Source of the DNA: Lama guanicoe | Lineage: Eukaryota | Reading direction: 5' to 3' | Assembly: GCA_013239625.1 (NCBI GenBank) | Contig: MU056550.1 | Location: forward strand, 310,001-374,000 | Length of the DNA stretch: 64,000 nt | Part shown: positions 59,886 to 64,000 of the stretch, in pieces | Layout of the letters: the number at the start of each line of letters is the position of its first letter | Numbering within the stretch: the stretch's first letter is position 1 | The notes under the pieces: model-generated | The model's input: the letters and a program-made list of their open reading frames with translations, nothing else | What the model was told of the DNA's origin: nothing | Database searches by the model: none | Program-made: the position numbers and the translations under genes

Positions 59886-60689
59886 ACTACCATGGACAGA
59901 GGCACGGGGTCTCGCTCCTGTGCTGTCTCACGGAGTCCTTACCTAGTGATTCAGACATGCCCCCTGGGGTGCAGTTATCCAGCTGTGTGTCCCACAGTCT
60001 GAGGCCAGAAGGGCAAGAGAGAGCCCTGCCCAGCAGTGAAACACAGGCTCTGACCAGCCGGGCCAACGTCTCCACGCTTGGGGAGGGCTGGGAAGCGGGC
60101 ATGCAGAGGCAGGAATTCAGGCAGAGGAGGTGAAAATGTCCCTCCTCTTTAGCAATAGTCTAATAGTTCAAGCCCATGTCAAGAAGCACACTTTCCCCTT
60201 TCCTCCCACACTGTTAATACCCTCGCCTTTATCCACCTGATTTGGTTACATCCATTTGGTTCTCATCCCCATAGCAACCTCTGTTCCTCACCATGCCATT
60301 AAGATCTTTATCAGGAAAGGAAGGAAAAGTAAGGTTTTCTTTTGGAATCCTATCCAGTGCTCTTGTGTTCTGATAGGCACCTGTCATTTGGGGAGATACA
60401 GCATCTGCTGATTAGTTGAGAATCAATCCTTTTGTGTCCACACATGCATTCTCCCCCACAAGGACAAGACAGCCTCCAGATATGTACATAGGTCTTTGCC
60501 ACAAAGATGAACAAGGAAGGGTCTCAGTTCTACCCATATTAATGTTCCTGACTCCAATGGGAAGCTGTAAATCTGCAGAACGTCCTCAGGTAGCTCCGCT
60601 TTCAAGTAAGGAAATGGCCAAGGTAAGAGGTCTGAGATTCAAAACCAGTTCTCTGGACTTTGATGCTGCTGTTCCTTGCATAACATCTG

Positions 60690-60840
60690 CTTGTGTGTGT
60701 GTGTGTGTGTGTGATGTGTATGTGTGTGTGTGTGCGCACATGCAGGAATGCATACGTGCATGTGTGTGAGTGCACACACATCTTTATACAGACACTTGTA
60801 CGTGTGCATGCATGCAAGTGTGACTGTGTGTGTGTGCATG
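60690..60840. repeat. Compound (TG)n/(TGCA)n simple repeat
   Basis: Interrupted alternating purine-pyrimidine tract. Confidence 0.9.
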
Positions 60841-61971
60841 GACCTATAGGTATAGGAGTGCACAGTTAGTCATTTTAAGCCAAGGGCCCACACAGTCACA
60901 GACAGGGCTGATTTCCCTTGATAACACCGATGTATCTCGAAAGCAAGTTTGTCAAAGGTAGAAGGAATTTCCAGCATTCCTCTCAACGCATGCACTTAAC
61001 AGAGGAGGGGCTTGGAAATCGTCATCAATTACTCTATCAGATGTGCCCAACAGAGCGATCCAAACAACACAAGGACTGTGCCATGCATAATGCATCGTCA
61101 TTAACCTCGTAAACTTTCTTTGTGAGCAGCTCTCATCTATATTTTACAATTAATTAGGAGATCCACAAGGGACTGACTCTGAAGAAGATAATTACGCCTC
61201 TTCCCAGGGTTATAGGAAGCTTTGCTAGTCAAGAAGCATCTTATTTTCCCTGGAAAATTAAACCAGCGCTCCATTATCTGATCGTTTCTAAATGAATAAA
61301 GGACTGGGTTTTGACATCATGGTCTCATTTCGGCAAGAAAGAGACAAACTGACAAGCTGTTTTGTCACATGCTTGTTTGAGCAGAACATTTTGAGCAATG
61401 TCTCTGGGTCCATTTGGGAAGAGGAGAAGCTGGGTAGAAAAAAATGTCCGGGATGACCAAAACTGACGGGGTTATTTGCCAAGTAATCACCCCACGCCAG
61501 GGCCAGAGGAGAAGAGAAATGCATTTCCATTTTCTGCTCTTGAGCCGGAGGGGGCTTGTTCAGGGTGGGGAACCAGAGTGCATCTGGTGAAAAATGATGA
61601 CAATTCTTTATGACCATAGATGTTAGTATCCACAGCAATAGGAAAGCAACCAACACTGCCTAATAAAATGTACTCATCAGTAGCAGGACCCTCGGGGGAT
61701 GGTCTTCCAGCCCCCACATCTTTTGTCTTCCCCAGGAGCTGCCCTCCTGACTTGGTGATTTCCCAGCAGCCTCTGCTGCCCCTGGACAGAGATGGTTGGG
61801 CCAAGAAAGCACAGTTGATCTGGCCAGTCAGATTCTTTCTACCAGAAAGTGGGACTTGTGAACCAAGGTGTGCAGAAATTTGGAGCCCCTGGCCTCAAAT
61901 GGCACTTGATAAGGGCAGTTCCAGTGATGGGTCCCTTCTTTTGGGGATAAAAGGAGGAGAAGGGAAAACTT

Positions 61972-62100
61972 AGAGTCAGGCTTTGGAGCCAGACATCTCT
62001 GGGTTTGAATTCTGGCTCTGACTCCTGGGTCGGAGCCCAGCTATGTGACCTTGACTGTGGGACTTAACCTCTTGGACTTCAGTTTCCTCACCTGGAGCAC
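61972..62100 (+). mobile_element. MIR SINE 5' part
   Basis: ggctttggagccagaca..gggtttgaattctggctctg..agctatgtgaccttg..cagtttcctcacctg. Confidence 0.85.
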
Positions 62101-64000
62101 AGAAATTTGGTAAAGAGGAAAAAAAATTGTTATTTAAACAACTGTCATAAAGCCATTTGCTGGTTATGAAATTTGTCTCTAGGATAAATAGACGTTGGCT
62201 AAAAAACACTGATGGACTTGTAGGTTTTGAAAACGTAGGCTTGAGGATATGATCGGACATTCGCAGACCAAGAGAAGGAGAATTGCTTTGTCTTGTATAA
62301 TGAGCTAAGAATTGCATTATTTCTAGAAGGAGTAGCTTTGGAGGGGGGTGGATATTCCTTGTGGGAGTGAGCGGAGGGGAGGTGCAGAAATGGGGCAAGT
62401 GGGGGCTTCTGCAGAGCAGTTTCTGGTTTCCTTCTCGAATCTGCCCTCACAGAGCTCAGAACCCAGAACCTAGGAGCCAGCAGCTGTCCTAATATTTGCA
62501 CATCCTTTTCTCTCAAGAGCACAGGCAGAGGGACTCTGGGTTGGGTCTTAACCAGGAAAGCGGAGGTCTTCAGTCTCAGCTCCACAGTCCTTGGCAGACT
62601 TCCAGTCCTAGACGGGCCAAGTCTAGCCCCTTCAGCCAAGAGGCGAGTCCCTTTGGTGATCGGATCACCACATTTCCCTGGTAAAAGAACATTCCAGACT
62701 CTGTCAGGGGTCCTCCCTCCTGGAGAAGTGGACTTCTTCCTCAGTCCAGATTATTCTTCAGCCTCCTCCTGTTGACTGTATTGATGTGGATTTATACCTT
62801 TTATAAATTTTTCACTTTCATTTTAACAGGATCTTAGGTGAGAGAGGAAATGAACAACAGTGATTAATGTACGGTTTTTGATACCACCTTTCTAGAAGAG
62901 CCAAAGGTCTAGAATTGGAAGTATATCAAGACGAGCCATGCAAATATCAAGATGATAAGGCCTCTGGCTAATTCTCACAACACCAAGAGCTGGAAATCAA
63001 ACCATGAATTATGAATGTTTTCATTTCTAACCCCAAAGTGGATAGATCTTAATAAGAGGGGTGGTCCTGGTAAGCTCAGACACCAAGACATCGTTTGCTT
63101 CCGCTAAACCTTTTATTCATACCCACAAGTCAAGTTCGTCAGCTATTTCCATGCGACAAAACCTCTGATGAAGACTGGGAGCCTTAATGAACAAATAATT
63201 AGTTTTAAGAACATAAGTTGACACAAAAGCACAACTAATGCCTTTTTAGTTGCTTTTGCACTCACATCTTTAGCAAGCACATATCTCTGCATCTCATAGA
63301 ATCACAGTTATCTGTGCAATGCTGGCACTTTGGGGAATGTCTCACACAGGGATGCTGTAGTGCAAAGACCCCAGGCTTCGATTTTTCCTCTTGCTAACCT
63401 TCAGGCCATCTCTAGAATTCTAGGGATGGGAAGTCTGGTCCTTAGACTCTGAGATACTTATAAAATCAGGATATCCTGGACCAGAACTTCAAAACACAAA
63501 GGGCTCAAAAAATCCAGAATTTTTAAGGAGCAGACTTTGGGAGGGGAAGGAATGGTGGACACAAGGAGGAGAACTAGAAATATCTTTTGTTACTTCTTAG
63601 TTGAAAAAAATCTATATCTCATCCTGCAAGCTTAGTTGTTAGCCATATAGAGTGAAGCTGATTGTCTTTGTTGTTTTTTTAAGTTTAGGTGTGAAGGTTA
63701 TATTCTTGTGGGGTGATACAGACAGTGAACAAGTAATCCAATGAAAAATACAGTAATTCTACAATCTGATCAGCGTATAAAGTGAACAGAGGGTACTATG
63801 AAAGAGAGTAAAGAGGGCGACTTTTTGTGAGGGCAAGGTTGGGAGTCTGAAAATTGTATGTGAAGGAATCAAGAATTCATTCTAAAGGATGAGATTGTTT
63901 GGCAGGGGAATTTCACTTTCTATCCTACTGAACTGTTTCTGTTTTTCTTTGGAGACTGTTACTGGGGGGAGAAAGAAAGTATCTTGTTCCAAAGCCTGGT

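Noticed and set aside
63224-63258. Bulged hairpin CAAAAGC..AACTAA/TTAGTTGCTTTTG
   Set aside because: Short, low stability, no supporting context.

Overview
This is non-coding mammalian genomic DNA. Four tRNA-Ala-derived SINEs resembling the camelid vic-1 family and cetartiodactyl-type L1 3' ends point to a camelid (alpaca/camel); that assignment is an inference. I recognise no protein-coding exon, rRNA, true tRNA gene or CRISPR array. The ORF track looks like chance ORFs in repeats or across N gaps. Much of the window is decayed interspersed repeat: MIR, L2, old L1/HAL1, MaLR MLT1 LTRs, LTR33, and hAT elements (MER5, MER20B, MER53, MER58). Family names come from recalled consensus sequences, so subfamilies and boundaries are approximate. 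Between the repeats lie repeat-free, AT/TAAT-rich islands that look like conserved enhancers of a gene desert or large intron; I cannot identify the locus. There are five N gaps. The 13.3-19.5 kb 'triplication' is most likely an assembly artefact, because a 222-N gap and its 4-bp flank are themselves duplicated. The best biological leads are: (1) a well-preserved LTR with phased CCAAT boxes, two octamers and a TATA box; (2) a locally templated inverted copy of a MER5A segment fused to an internal L1 fragment; (3) several palindromic or hairpin motif modules in unique DNA. I found no evidence strong enough to claim a new biological system.
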